A DNA stretch of 64,000 nt from a virus, in IMG/VR virus record IMGVR_UViG_3300033149_001257, positions 32,001-96,000 of that record. One strand, 5' to 3'. This document shows, in pieces, positions 19,431-30,900 of this stretch (positions are counted from its first letter, which is position 1; every line of letters begins with the position of its first letter). A program made the position numbers and the translations under genes. Below the pieces are notes generated by a model. The model saw nothing but the letters and a program-made list of their open reading frames with translations. It made no database searches and was not told the origin of the DNA.

Positions 19431-21038
19431 TTAAGGTTTTGTGGCCGTTATCACCCCACCGATTACTTCTATTTTCCATGGTTGCGTGGGATGGGTTACG
19501 TCATAAACAATTACTGATTTACTGTCATTGTAATCCCCCACGGTAAGGTCAACAAATATCTTCTTACCATTCGGCGTTCCTGTTGACACCTTTGTTCCCC
19601 CCGCATATTCTCTTGTTGTATCCTCATCTGCGGTATACTCTGTTTCAAAATATGTATCATTATCATCGTCTGATATTCTACTTCCACCACCACCACCACT
19701 ACCTCCACCTCCGGCGGCGGATGGTAAAACACCTCTGAGATTTTGATATTCAGCTACTGGATTTGTTGTATGTTCAAAATCCTGTTTAACCAATGCGCCA
19801 GCAACTACCTTATAAATCACCCTGCATATTAATACCGAACCCGATTTTAAGTCGGACGGAATAGTATACACCGCCTGATTCTTCTCGTCATTTTCTGCAT
19901 CTGATAAACTTATGTATTTTGTTTCTCCTGTCGGTGCGTTCATGTACAATATAGACTTACTCTCATTGGCAAGAGCGGCGAATATTACTATGTTAATATA
20001 CTTGTTATTAGAAAATGCGTCGCCATTGGCATATTTGGCTATGTCTATTGAGTAATGGTTGCTGTATGGTGTGTCAGGGTCGTTTACCCATGTTATTGTG
20101 CTACCTGCCACCACCGCGTCCGTGGTGAAATCACTTTTACCAATATATCCTTTTACTACTGATACGGCAACCAATCTTTCGCCTGTACCTGAAAACGTCG
20201 GACTTCCACCACTTGAATATTGACCGCCTGTAATATAAAGCCTTTGTGTCAATCCATGTATTGATTCATAGGTAGCTGTTATCCCACTCCACACCTGGGA
20301 TACTGTTGCCGAAGTAGTAAATACTTCGTATATCTGTGCCTCACCAACTTCTGCGTGTTCTATACCTGCGTCGTCAGGGTCGGTTTCGGAAGCAACTACC
20401 ACCGCATTGGAAGTAGCATATACATAATATCTTTTAGGTACTGTCGCTGTACCACCCGTGAGAGTTACGGTTCCGCTTGATATTGTTACAAAAGATTGGT
20501 TTATGTTGGCATTGAATGAACCGCAATCGTCATCAGCACAATAATGAAAACTCGCTACTCCGCCCGTGACGGCAATCCATACAGAAGTCTTTTCAAGCAG
20601 TACATCATCTGTGATGTTGGCCATGTGTCCAATCAGGGCATTGTTTACATGGGTTTGATTTGAAATGTTAGGATTTACCGGGTTCGTGTATGCAACATCT
20701 CCCGTATCCAGATTATCCAATCTTCCTTTTAGTGTTGCCGATGATTCTTCCAATACGGCAATATTCCCAGCATTGGTAGCTGTAGAAACCTCCAGTATTG
20801 CTATTTTGGCAGCATTCGTTGTAGCCGACGATGCCGTTGCATCAAAACTAGAATAATCTTCCTTGGATATAAAACCGTCCTGCGTTGCAGAAGCCTCCGG
20901 TATGCTTATCTGGGTACCACTTATATCTACAGGAGCTACCCCCTTATAAGACCTACCAAACTTTCCACCACCCACTCCCTCTGATAATGATACCGAAAAC
21001 ACCATTATCCCCAAAACACAAATTAATACTCTTTTCAT
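19431..21038 (-). CDS. fibre/adhesin-like protein with N-terminal signal-like peptide
   Basis: short coiled coil, S/T-rich beta regions, Gly-rich linker. Confidence 0.6.
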   Translation of the reverse strand: MKRVLICVLGIMVFSVSLSEGVGGGKFGRSYKGVAPVDISGTQISIPEASATQDGFISKEDYSSFDATASSATTNAAKIAILEVSTATNAGNIAVLEESSATLKGRLDNLDTGDVAYTNPVNPNISNQTHVNNALIGHMANITDDVLLEKTSVWIAVTGGVASFHYCADDDCGSFNANINQSFVTISSGTVTLTGGTATVPKRYYVYATSNAVVVASETDPDDAGIEHAEVGEAQIYEVFTTSATVSQVWSGITATYESIHGLTQRLYITGGQYSSGGSPTFSGTGERLVAVSVVKGYIGKSDFTTDAVVAGSTITWVNDPDTPYSNHYSIDIAKYANGDAFSNNKYINIVIFAALANESKSILYMNAPTGETKYISLSDAENDEKNQAVYTIPSDLKSGSVLICRVIYKVVAGALVKQDFEHTTNPVAEYQNLRGVLPSAAGGGGSGGGGGSRISDDDNDTYFETEYTADEDTTREYAGGTKVSTGTPNGKKIFVDLTVGDYNDSKSVIVYDVTHPTQPWKIEVIGGVITATKP

Positions 21039-21068
21039 CTTTACTCCTCCTTTTTTAATTTTATCTCC

Positions 21069-21734
21069 TCATTCGTGTAATATCTTTATTGGCGGTCCGT
21101 CTACCCATGTTGGGTTTCCACCGAATGTTCCGTGATGTTCATTTCCAGAATAATCCGTTACGTCAACTCCACCCGGCGCAAGATTGTCTGCACCATTATC
21201 CATTCTTGAATAATTCAAAACATTTGCATCTGGTATTAAACTTCGGTGCATCATATTATATACTTCACCTTGAGCTAGTTCTTTATCCCATAAAGAAAAC
21301 TCTGCCATTTTGCCATAATAATTATTTCCTGCAAATCCTCTGATTCTGCCAATAGTTAAATAATCATTACTTGCGTTATTGAATGTTATTGCACCAGAAA
21401 CAGCAGATACCCCATTCACATATATTATCGTATTCCCCGTTCCGTTGTTATGTGTCCAAACTACCCAATGCCAAGTGCTAAAATCATAAATATATCCCGT
21501 GTTTAGTGAGCCGGGATTCCCCAATATAGCAAATCTTATGTTTGCTCCATTGTCTCCCGTTATAACCACTGGTCTATAATTTGCCGCTCCCGTAGTAGAG
21601 CCGATATGAACGGGATATTCTTCCCCTGATCCACTATCATCTTGCCACATCCAACAAGCAATAGAAAAGTCGGTGAAAGAAAACGCATTTGTATATGATA
21701 TATAATCTCCTGAACCGTCAAAAGATACTGCCAT
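21069..21734 (-). CDS. LamG/concanavalin A-like lectin domain protein
   Basis: FDGSGDY, FSIACW, WHWVVWT, IYVNG, G.MAEFSLWDKEL, DYSGNEHHG. Confidence 0.85.
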   Translation of the reverse strand: MAVSFDGSGDYISYTNAFSFTDFSIACWMWQDDSGSGEEYPVHIGSTTGAANYRPVVITGDNGANIRFAILGNPGSLNTGYIYDFSTWHWVVWTHNNGTGNTIIYVNGVSAVSGAITFNNASNDYLTIGRIRGFAGNNYYGKMAEFSLWDKELAQGEVYNMMHRSLIPDANVLNYSRMDNGADNLAPGGVDVTDYSGNEHHGTFGGNPTWVDGPPIKILHE

Positions 21735-21761
21735 TATTTTACTCCTTCTTTATCAATTTAT

Positions 21762-21992
21762 TTATTTTACCGATTCCAACTCTGTATTAAGTGTCACTAT
21801 GCCAGCTTCTATTTGTGATATTTTCGCATCGTGTTGTTGATTAATAATGATTACTGCATCATCATAATCTTTTTGTGCCTGTTGCATAGCACTTGCCTTT
21901 TTAACCAATAAATCATTTCGCTGATTCTCTGTAAACTTTAATTCTGCCATCTTGTCTTTGATTGTTTCCTTCTGAATACTCGTGATTTCCAT
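21762..21992 (-). CDS. small coiled-coil protein (fibre chaperone-like)
   Basis: heptad pattern; follows fibre gene. Confidence 0.55.
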   Translation of the reverse strand: MEITSIQKETIKDKMAELKFTENQRNDLLVKKASAMQQAQKDYDDAVIIINQQHDAKISQIEAGIVTLNTELESVK

Positions 21993-24908
21993 TTAATCCT
22001 CCTCTATTTTTATATATAAAACTTCGCAAAACTTATCACCAACATCGTAATCCGAATCGCTTATATCAACCCATGCGTAAAACTTCATCATTTCTCCTGC
22101 TGTTGGTAAATTTGAAGTCCATGCTATCGTATCTACCAATAAATCTCTTGCTGCTGCTGTGGGATTTATGTCTACCGCGCCTATGGACGTATACCCCCCA
22201 CCCGGGTCCCATGGCTCATCATGCGCTATTGAAATTCTTTCTATGTGAAAATCTGCCTTATGCGCAGCATTGGTATCCTCACTTAGGGAATATATCGTTA
22301 TGGTTAAATTACCCCCACTGTAAAATGCAGGCATAGCAACCTGCCAATATGCTTTATAATCTGTACCCACCCCACCGTCTGCAAGAAACTTTGTCACATA
22401 ATCGGGTCCACAGTTTGTTCTTGAAACTTTTTCTATAAGCGCGAAATCGCTATTCGGTAATACTGCTGCCCCTGGATTCATAAATAAGGCAACTTTCCCA
22501 CCACCCATGTTATCGTCCACATATTTCTTAATGCTTTGCTGGGTAGCTAAAGCGGTGGGGCTATCTGAACCCATGGCATCTTCATCGAGAACTGTTGTTA
22601 CTCTCGCATTAGCGCTTCCCATTTGAATACCCGAAGCGTTTATGTTTAACCTGTCGTTTCCGTTTTCTCCGATGGTTATTAATTCAGCAGCATTTGTGGT
22701 GTCTATTTTAATGAAATTCCCATCACCAGTTTTTATCTCTAAAGCACTGGCGACATTATCAGTCATGTCTATGTCCATGGTGGTTCCGTCAGCGCTTATG
22801 GAATCAAGCGCAACATCTCCTACGTTTGTAATGTTGTTGTCGCCAAAACTTTGATTCCCACCAAATGCCCGGGTACCGTCAGCCTTAATATACACGGTAT
22901 GTAAATCAGATGCTATGTCAGGATGATTATGAACATGGTCTTTACGGCAAAACTCCGTCGCACTTCCTTCCGCATTGGCTTCCGCTATATTTGAGGGTAC
23001 TCCAACGTCTATGCCGTGCGCATGGTCGGCACGCGCAAGATAATCAGATGTTCCCTCTGACGCTACCACGTCAACCGAGGTTATGTCAAGAGGCGATGCG
23101 CATATAATCGGGTCGCCACCTGTCTGCGGTGCGTGGGCTGTGGCATGGTCTTTTGGTGGTTGGTCGTCTGCTAATTCACCGCTAAGACCAGCAACGCTAA
23201 TTTCATCTCCACCCCCATTTTCGTGAGATGCTGCATGGGCCGCCGGTGCTGCTCCATCCACATAGGCCTTGACGGCCTTTTCTGTCGGCAATGCTGTATC
23301 GGAATTACCTGCTAATGTTCCGTCAATAGAAAACTCGTCTATCCTCGCGTTAGCTCCACTGACCTGGATTCCGGAAGCATTAATATTCAACTCATCACTT
23401 CCATTAACCCCTATGGTTACTTTTTCGGAAGCGTTGGTGCTGTCTATTTTCAGGAAGTTACCATCAGATGTTTTTATTTCTAAAGCGTTGGCCCTGTTAT
23501 CGTTGACATTAAAATCAACATCTATGGCCGCTCCATTTGGGCTAACGGATACGAGTTCTATATCGTTTACCTTGGTAATATTATTATCATCATGTGATAT
23601 TGTCCCATTGAATTCCGTGCTTCCATTCCGTAGCATTACTAATCCGGAATATGGATGCACGTGGTCATCCCTTGATGCCTTTACCCCAACACCTGGTGAA
23701 GCCGCCGCTGCATCGGAAACAGGGTTGTTATCACTTACCTCTGCTCCTGACCCAGATAGTGCCGTCCATGCACCATCTGTATAGCATACATATATTCTAT
23801 TAGTGTCCGTGGTTAAAACAATCATGCTTTCTGTGGGAGTAATTACTAGCCGTTCAGCGTTTGTCATTTTCCTTAAATTACCAATCCCATTAGAAACATA
23901 GGAAGAATTTAAGCAATCCACCTTAAAGTGGTTATTGTAAACAAAATAGTTCTGTTTATTGGTTTCTGTGGAATTCGTCATTATGTGTGTTTTACCCTCA
24001 TAATACCTACTTCCAGTATTAGGTAGGGTCACATACACATATCCGTTATAATAGCACCACGCATAGTCTTTATTGGCCAATTCTGTCCTACCGAGGCTCA
24101 ACAGGTTAATTACGGTGTTTGAGGGCATTATATACCAACAGGAGGCCTCTTTACCTGATATGGGCCTTGTTAGTGTGGTTATCTTAATATAATAATAATC
24201 CGCATCATATCCGGCATTATCACCAACTCCACTTTTTGCCCAATCAGAAGGAGATGTGAATGTTATTTGACCATTCGACTTGAAATTCAGGGTGTTGTCT
24301 GCAAGGTCATCGGCCGTGGCGGTTAATTGTGTCCATGCGCTACCATTCCAGTACTCAACCTTCAGCGTATAAGCAGACCCGAATCCACTGAAATTGAAGT
24401 CTACCCCATTAAATGTCGTGCCTAGCCCAACATATAAAGCATCTCCCGTGGCTAGCATTAAATCAAATGCCGTACCACCCTGAGTGCCGGCCTCTATGGT
24501 ATCGTCTATATAAGCAGCGCCATCCCATAAAAGTACAGAACTGAAAGAACCGTATGTTTCCCCGGATGCCTGACCTTTCTTTTCAAGGTCTTTCTCGTTC
24601 ATATATAATTCGTTGATAGTATCATAAGCATAATGGAGCGATGTTACCGGATATTTCCAGATACTATAATTTGTTAGAGTTTGCAGGACCTGCCATAACC
24701 CATAATTCGTTGTGGCGTGTCCTATATCAATATCTCTAAGCCATTTCTCGGGTAATCCGGAATCGCTTATGATGGCATCGCATTGGTTCTTATTAAACTT
24801 CGCATTTACCCTGGTTCCACGCAATGTTTCAAAGTTATCGTTCACCCCCGTGGTAAACTCTGCGTCGGGTATCTGGTCGTTTAATCTTTTCAGTTTTATG
24901 TCCGACAT
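21993..24908 (-). CDS. tail fibre protein with internal duplication
   Basis: duplicated ~120-aa module, R.DHxH repeats, PTEKAVKAYVD fibre motif. Confidence 0.72.
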   Translation of the reverse strand: MSDIKLKRLNDQIPDAEFTTGVNDNFETLRGTRVNAKFNKNQCDAIISDSGLPEKWLRDIDIGHATTNYGLWQVLQTLTNYSIWKYPVTSLHYAYDTINELYMNEKDLEKKGQASGETYGSFSSVLLWDGAAYIDDTIEAGTQGGTAFDLMLATGDALYVGLGTTFNGVDFNFSGFGSAYTLKVEYWNGSAWTQLTATADDLADNTLNFKSNGQITFTSPSDWAKSGVGDNAGYDADYYYIKITTLTRPISGKEASCWYIMPSNTVINLLSLGRTELANKDYAWCYYNGYVYVTLPNTGSRYYEGKTHIMTNSTETNKQNYFVYNNHFKVDCLNSSYVSNGIGNLRKMTNAERLVITPTESMIVLTTDTNRIYVCYTDGAWTALSGSGAEVSDNNPVSDAAAASPGVGVKASRDDHVHPYSGLVMLRNGSTEFNGTISHDDNNITKVNDIELVSVSPNGAAIDVDFNVNDNRANALEIKTSDGNFLKIDSTNASEKVTIGVNGSDELNINASGIQVSGANARIDEFSIDGTLAGNSDTALPTEKAVKAYVDGAAPAAHAASHENGGGDEISVAGLSGELADDQPPKDHATAHAPQTGGDPIICASPLDITSVDVVASEGTSDYLARADHAHGIDVGVPSNIAEANAEGSATEFCRKDHVHNHPDIASDLHTVYIKADGTRAFGGNQSFGDNNITNVGDVALDSISADGTTMDIDMTDNVASALEIKTGDGNFIKIDTTNAAELITIGENGNDRLNINASGIQMGSANARVTTVLDEDAMGSDSPTALATQQSIKKYVDDNMGGGKVALFMNPGAAVLPNSDFALIEKVSRTNCGPDYVTKFLADGGVGTDYKAYWQVAMPAFYSGGNLTITIYSLSEDTNAAHKADFHIERISIAHDEPWDPGGGYTSIGAVDINPTAAARDLLVDTIAWTSNLPTAGEMMKFYAWVDISDSDYDVGDKFCEVLYIKIEED

Positions 24909-24918
24909 TTAAGCCCTC

Positions 24919-25272
24919 CTATCCTCCGAATATTGTTTTTGCTATACCTGTCCTTACAAGAATTACCGCCGTTCCTACCATGAGAGTTATCGCCAAAATT
25001 ACCAATCGTCTATTTATTCCTATGTCTTTATCGTGTCCCACGGACTTGGCAACGAGCCCGCCATCTGGATTGCCATTACCGTCCAGTGTTTTTTTGTTAC
25101 TTAATACTGTTCTCCAATACTTGTCTGCAACTTTATCATGGTTGACCTTGAACTCATCAAAAGAGTTTTGCTGTTGTATTTTATATTCCTCAAAAGCCTT
25201 GTTCTGATGTTTATTTTCTCTCAGAATCAAATCCTTTAGTTCGGTAAAGGAATCTCTTATGTCCTGTTCCAT
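24919..25272 (-). CDS. membrane protein with C-terminal TM
   Basis: LDGNG..GLV then hydrophobic helix. Confidence 0.6.
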   Translation of the reverse strand: MEQDIRDSFTELKDLILRENKHQNKAFEEYKIQQQNSFDEFKVNHDKVADKYWRTVLSNKKTLDGNGNPDGGLVAKSVGHDKDIGINRRLVILAITLMVGTAVILVRTGIAKTIFGG

Positions 25273-25284
25273 GTGATATCCTTT

Positions 25285-25518
25285 CTATATTGGCTTTTTC
25301 GGTTCTTCTTTTTTGGGCGCATCTTTCTTTTCTTCTTTCTTTTCTTTTAGTACTATCACGACATTTTCTTTATCTCCGTCTTTGTGTACCTTAATCTCTA
25401 CTCCGCCTTCAATACCCTTCTTTGCAAATGCCGTGAACTCATACGACTCAATCGGTAATTCCGGCTGGAACATTACAAATGCTACTCCGTTTGCATCTTT
25501 GCTAAATGTCGTTTTCAT
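25285..25518 (-). CDS. hypothetical protein
   Basis: AAGGAG RBS. Confidence 0.6.
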   Translation of the reverse strand: MKTTFSKDANGVAFVMFQPELPIESYEFTAFAKKGIEGGVEIKVHKDGDKENVVIVLKEKKEEKKDAPKKEEPKKPI

Positions 25519-25544
25519 TGCCGTTTTCTCCTTTTCCTTTTATT

Positions 25545-27962
25545 TTAACTTCCTGTCGTGTATGCGTAAATATAATACGTAGTTCCTCCAATGTCCACGG
25601 CAATTTGTTTTGAAAGGGTGCCTGCCGATGATACCGCATCGTCTACCGCCTTTATTAATGGCTCGTCTACCGAGAAACTGCTCATGTCTATTCCCCCGGG
25701 ATTGCCTGCTCCGTCATTGATTGAGGTTATTTCTATAGCATAAACATCATCCGCATGTCTACTTCGTTGGTTTATTTCCAATATCATCACATTGTTCGTC
25801 ATCGTGCCAGCCACCTGTGCTCCCGCTGATGTTATTTTCAACACAGAGCCACTTGAATTGAGTGTCCCCCCTGCCCCGGTCTGTGATTCTGACCTTGTTA
25901 TTTCAACCAGGTCGTAATTGAATGTTGTGGTTCCTGAAGTTCTTGTCTCAAGAGATAGCGTTCGAAATACATTTTTACTGCCCACCGTGTCCCCCAATGA
26001 AGAACCAAGCCTGGTTATCTGGGAGTTAAATACCTTTCCGCTTGTTATACTGGTAGACTGACACAACATATTCATGATTGTCCCATCCACTAAACCATCC
26101 GCTGATATATCAATTACCTTACCAGACGTAACCGCACCTGCATTTATGTCAACAACTATCCCCGATGTTGTTGCAGCATCAATATTTATTACGTCAGCAG
26201 TTGTGGCATCCGAATCTATGTTTAATGATATAGCATCCGTATCCTGGTCAATAGTTACCGTACTATCAAAAAATGAAAGTCCATCGACTTCAAGTTTACC
26301 GGAAACCATTAAATCATCTTCTGCGGCAAGTCCGTGTCCGGTGGTGCCGGCATCGCCTATCCTTAAATATGCGCCCACCCCGAATATTGAAGGTATGTTT
26401 GCTGCGGTTTCAAACTTGAAATAATCATCTGCATCACTGTTCGGGAGTAAATGAATTGCTCCATTGCTTGTTATGTGATTACCACCAAGTGCAATGTTAC
26501 CTACCATGGTAGATGTGCCGTCAAGTTTTAGAAATGCTCCACCAGCCACCGCGCCATCAATATATGTTTTTACGGCTTTTTCTGTAGGCAACGCAGTATC
26601 GCTATTTCCACCCAATGTTCCGTCGATTGAGAACTCGTCTATTGTCGCACCCAGATTAAGCGTGATACTCGGGGATGCTGAAATGGTTTTGTTGGTCAAT
26701 GTCTGTGTTGGTGAAGTGCCCACCACATCTACCCACGTGGTACCATCGTTGGATAATTGTAGCTTATCGGTACCCTCATTCCACCTTAATCCGGGGTCCT
26801 CGTCAGTTCCGGGACCGGTGGCGCTTGTTCCTGATATTTTCAGCATGGGATAATTGGGATTACCACCAGTGAATGGGGTAGCAAAGTAAAAATAGGTTCC
26901 TGATACATTGTGGGGTATTATGGGTATTGACCTTTGGGCTATGATACCATTTAATCCCCTGACACCACTCAGCCTGAGTAGGGCGTTCATCTGGTTGGTA
27001 CCATCTATTTTCAAATAATCCTCTAAGTCGCCCACGTTGGCCACGAGTTCTCCCCGAACAAGAAGATTATTAAACTCCGCATCTCCATTATCCTGTATCT
27101 GAAAACCCGACACCCCGGAAAGATAATTAAAGGATTCAAGTGTTGTGGGGGTTACTCTTATGTTGCCTATGCGCGCATCGTCCTCAGTAAACCTCGCCGT
27201 TTCTGTTCCATCCTCGTCAAAGAAGAATATTCCATGCTGATTAAACCTTGCTGCCACTGCGCCCGTAACGTATTTAATAAGTATTTCTTTTGAATTCAAC
27301 TCAAGTGATTCCTGCGATGATACTATTTTTAACTGTTCCGTGAGTGTTAATGTTCCCTGTAAATTATCAGCAAGCATATTCTCAACAATGTTACGAATAG
27401 CATTTATGGTGTCATCATCTACCACGTATCTATTATTGAAAAGTAAATCCCGAGAATCTACGATATGCCCATTGAGTCCTTCGTGGTCCTGGTCCTGCTG
27501 AATAGCCACTGTATCATCCGAGGGAATAATTATCTTGGCAATGGTTACTTTATTAGAAAATATCGCATCGTCAAGCGTGATTAATCCATTGTATAGATTA
27601 ATGAATATCTCGCCAGCCTTGCCTAATGGAACCTCTAATTTCCTTTCTTCTTCGTCTATTTTATGTAGTATCCCATCGGCTATCCCAAGATGCTCGGTAT
27701 CGAACTTTCTTCTTATATATATGTATTCGGAAGCCGGGTCGTCTGCCTCTACATAAAGACCGGAAAGGACTTTATTCCCCCCTATTTTAGCCACTAAATC
27801 AGATAGCCATTTCATGCCACGGTTATCACTGGACTGAGATACGGAACTGGCGCTAACACCTCTCGGCAAAGAAGAACTACCTTTAGTTTCGGCGCTCTTA
27901 TCCGTACCCTGTAATCGGGTAATTTGCTGATGTAATGTTTCAAATGTCTTTTTTCCTACCAT
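25545..27962 (-). CDS. tail spike/fibre protein
   Basis: NYLSGVSGFQIQDNGDAEFNNL tail motif; beta-helix-like repeats; shares module with 21993-24908. Confidence 0.7.
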   Translation of the reverse strand: MVGKKTFETLHQQITRLQGTDKSAETKGSSSLPRGVSASSVSQSSDNRGMKWLSDLVAKIGGNKVLSGLYVEADDPASEYIYIRRKFDTEHLGIADGILHKIDEEERKLEVPLGKAGEIFINLYNGLITLDDAIFSNKVTIAKIIIPSDDTVAIQQDQDHEGLNGHIVDSRDLLFNNRYVVDDDTINAIRNIVENMLADNLQGTLTLTEQLKIVSSQESLELNSKEILIKYVTGAVAARFNQHGIFFFDEDGTETARFTEDDARIGNIRVTPTTLESFNYLSGVSGFQIQDNGDAEFNNLLVRGELVANVGDLEDYLKIDGTNQMNALLRLSGVRGLNGIIAQRSIPIIPHNVSGTYFYFATPFTGGNPNYPMLKISGTSATGPGTDEDPGLRWNEGTDKLQLSNDGTTWVDVVGTSPTQTLTNKTISASPSITLNLGATIDEFSIDGTLGGNSDTALPTEKAVKTYIDGAVAGGAFLKLDGTSTMVGNIALGGNHITSNGAIHLLPNSDADDYFKFETAANIPSIFGVGAYLRIGDAGTTGHGLAAEDDLMVSGKLEVDGLSFFDSTVTIDQDTDAISLNIDSDATTADVINIDAATTSGIVVDINAGAVTSGKVIDISADGLVDGTIMNMLCQSTSITSGKVFNSQITRLGSSLGDTVGSKNVFRTLSLETRTSGTTTFNYDLVEITRSESQTGAGGTLNSSGSVLKITSAGAQVAGTMTNNVMILEINQRSRHADDVYAIEITSINDGAGNPGGIDMSSFSVDEPLIKAVDDAVSSAGTLSKQIAVDIGGTTYYIYAYTTGS

Positions 27963-30900
27963 TATCCTGGATACCTCGCTAACATAAATGTTGGCTGACT
28001 TTTCTTCGCAGACATTTTCTCAAGAAAATAGTTCTGGTTAATATTGTTTACTGTATCAATTACTCTTAGCGTCATGCCCATTATTATATGCGGCGCAAGC
28101 ATAGACGTTATTCTCACCTTACTCTTGTTTTTCTGGAACTCATAGAGCATTAATTTACCACGCCTGTCAATTATCGGTTGAGTAGATAATTCTATATGTA
28201 CGTCCCTGTCCTTATAAACCTTATCTCCATATATGGGTAATAGTCCGGCATCGTCAAATAAAGAACTGGCTGTTTCAAGCTCCTGCGATACCCTGACATC
28301 TATGGCATGATTATTGTCGGCGGTGTCGGTAGTACTTACAAACGTAGTGGGAGTTTTGCTCGTATACACAAACGCCTCAGCACCATCAATATATATCGTT
28401 CCGGTATCAGAAAATGCCGAGGTATCATCTACATTTATCGTTGAATCGCCTGCTGTTACTCCCACCGAAACCTGCGTTGTCGGTATCAGTGTAGCATCGG
28501 TTTCGAGTACCGTGTTGCCATATATCGCAAGCTCTGCCAGGCAAACAGCATAGAATGTTTCTCCTGCATGTTCAATCGCTCCCAACTCTTCAAGAATTAT
28601 CTTTACATATCTCGCTTGAAAAAACTCGCCTAAAATATCTTCTTCAAATGATACTTTCTCCCCACCCTTCATAATAAAATCTCTCGCATCCGAAGATATG
28701 GAACTGTAGCTCGTGCCATCTATGGAATATTCCAAACTGTATCTATTCTCTATGTCAAGCTTGTTTTTAATATCATTGGTATACGGATAATAAAAACCTT
28801 GAAGTAAATCAATGGCTCTTATATCCCGAAGTGAGCCCAGGTCTATAATTAAAAACTGTGTACCCGATAATGTCTTGTTCTTAAACTTTACCTGTAATTG
28901 TGTGTTGCTTAATCCATCTATCATTAGTGGCGCGCTTGTTGAGGGCTTAATTATATTGTTTGATGCGTAAGATAAATCCATTGACACTAATCCATTTCTG
29001 GTATTCTCAAATATACGAACTTCTTTATAATAAGCGTTTCCTGTATACCAATAAACACTAAGACCTACAGGGTGCCTATTGATTGCTTTTATTCTTGACA
29101 ATATCCTTATTTTTTTTATATATTTAGGAGCACCACTTTCATTAGGATACCATGTGGTGGTATACAAATCTGTTTCCCCTGCGGGAAATTCTATGTGGGA
29201 TGCTACCCAGTGGGTACCTGTCCACCAACTGCCCATATAATTCCACGTATCGTCAACGTCTTGATACATAACCGCATAATCTCCCCCATATAATCTTATG
29301 TCATCATTCATAATGGCACCCACGTCTAATTCAACTTTTGAAATATACCGTGTTCCGCCTAAGTCAAAGTTAATATTCTTTGAATATAGCACATCTTTTA
29401 CTCTTAATCTTTCCGAAGCATATACTCCTATGTGGGTGAAATATGTACTGGTATTCCCATCTATCATGTGGCCGGTAATTCCGGATGACCTACCACCTGG
29501 GGCTCCTATTGTTATGGTGGTATCCTCTGCTATGTTCGGAGTGGTAAACGCAGCATCTGGATCGCTTGGGAAATGAGTCGAATCTTTTTCTATCCTTACC
29601 GTGGCATTCGCACAATCTATAAGCACGTCATCTGCACTTATTGATTTATAAAAATCGGCATATGATGTTTGATTTAGTTTTGTATAATTCGTAGAAGAAG
29701 GCGCATACCAGATACCATTAGAATAATCCACGTTAGCGTTACCGGCAGCTATTGTGAAAAGACGTTCTCCGTCTGTTGTGTATATAATAATAGGATACTC
29801 TCTGGATATTTTATATCCAAACCTTACCTCATAATGAGATTGCGATAAATATGATGGTATTTCCGATGGGTCGGAATTAGAAAAATCATCCACGCTTGTC
29901 ACTCCCGGAGCAAATAATGTTAGAGCTCCATTTCCCGTGGGTGAAATCACTTGAGATTGAAATTGTACATCATTGTCGGATATTGGTACACCATTAAATC
30001 TCACGTTTGGTATTGTAGGATAAGATAGTATTGCGGGTGAAAAATAAACCCCATTGGCATCCGCAAGATAAAGTTTATAGTTGGCGTATGTTATATCATC
30101 GCCTGTCCATTGGAGTGGCTGATTCTCTGCCGTGGCGCTATATGTTCCTATGTCAACAAAAGATACCACTCTGTTTCCATCCTCATCAACCGCCTGCATA
30201 TAATTTGTGGGATTCTCGTTCTGTCCATACATTTTTACCCTTGTGTATATCTCCCCATCTGATATATAGTCCAAGGAAATCTGTCCCGGTACGGTATAAT
30301 CAGCATTTACTTTCTGGGTAAGATAAGACCCCCAGACCTTCTGCGAACCAGCCGTACGAAAAATATAATTAGGCGCAAGCAGACTCCTGATTTCATTTAT
30401 AGCATCAAACCGGTTATTAATCTTACTCGCAGAAAACTCTATCACCGGTATTTGTATTCCGGTGGCCTGTATGGTGCAAAATGTGTAATCCACATCACAG
30501 GTTACGGTAGCCCCTGTGCCCCCCGTGGGGGGAGTGGTCAATATAATCTTACCATACCTTTTATCAAACCTGTTAAACTGCGCCGCAAGTATACCCGGGA
30601 TAGTAAAATTGCCATGCACAAGGTCGGTACTCACGTTGTTATAAGTTAAATACCATACCTGCCCAACTGGATATGCTTGATATACGGTAGCTTTATCATT
30701 ATGGGCCGCCGCAATAGAAGATAATTCTCCACGTGTACATCCAGTAAGCGTGGTGGCTGTTTTCCCGGTATATTCAATAAACTCATTATCTATTTTAATA
30801 TACCCCGTATCGTCAAAATCAGCAGTATCTTCCTTCGTGGTTATGGTGTCAATAGCATCCGTCACTGAACCCTTGAGATGTACTTTCACGTCAATTGTTT

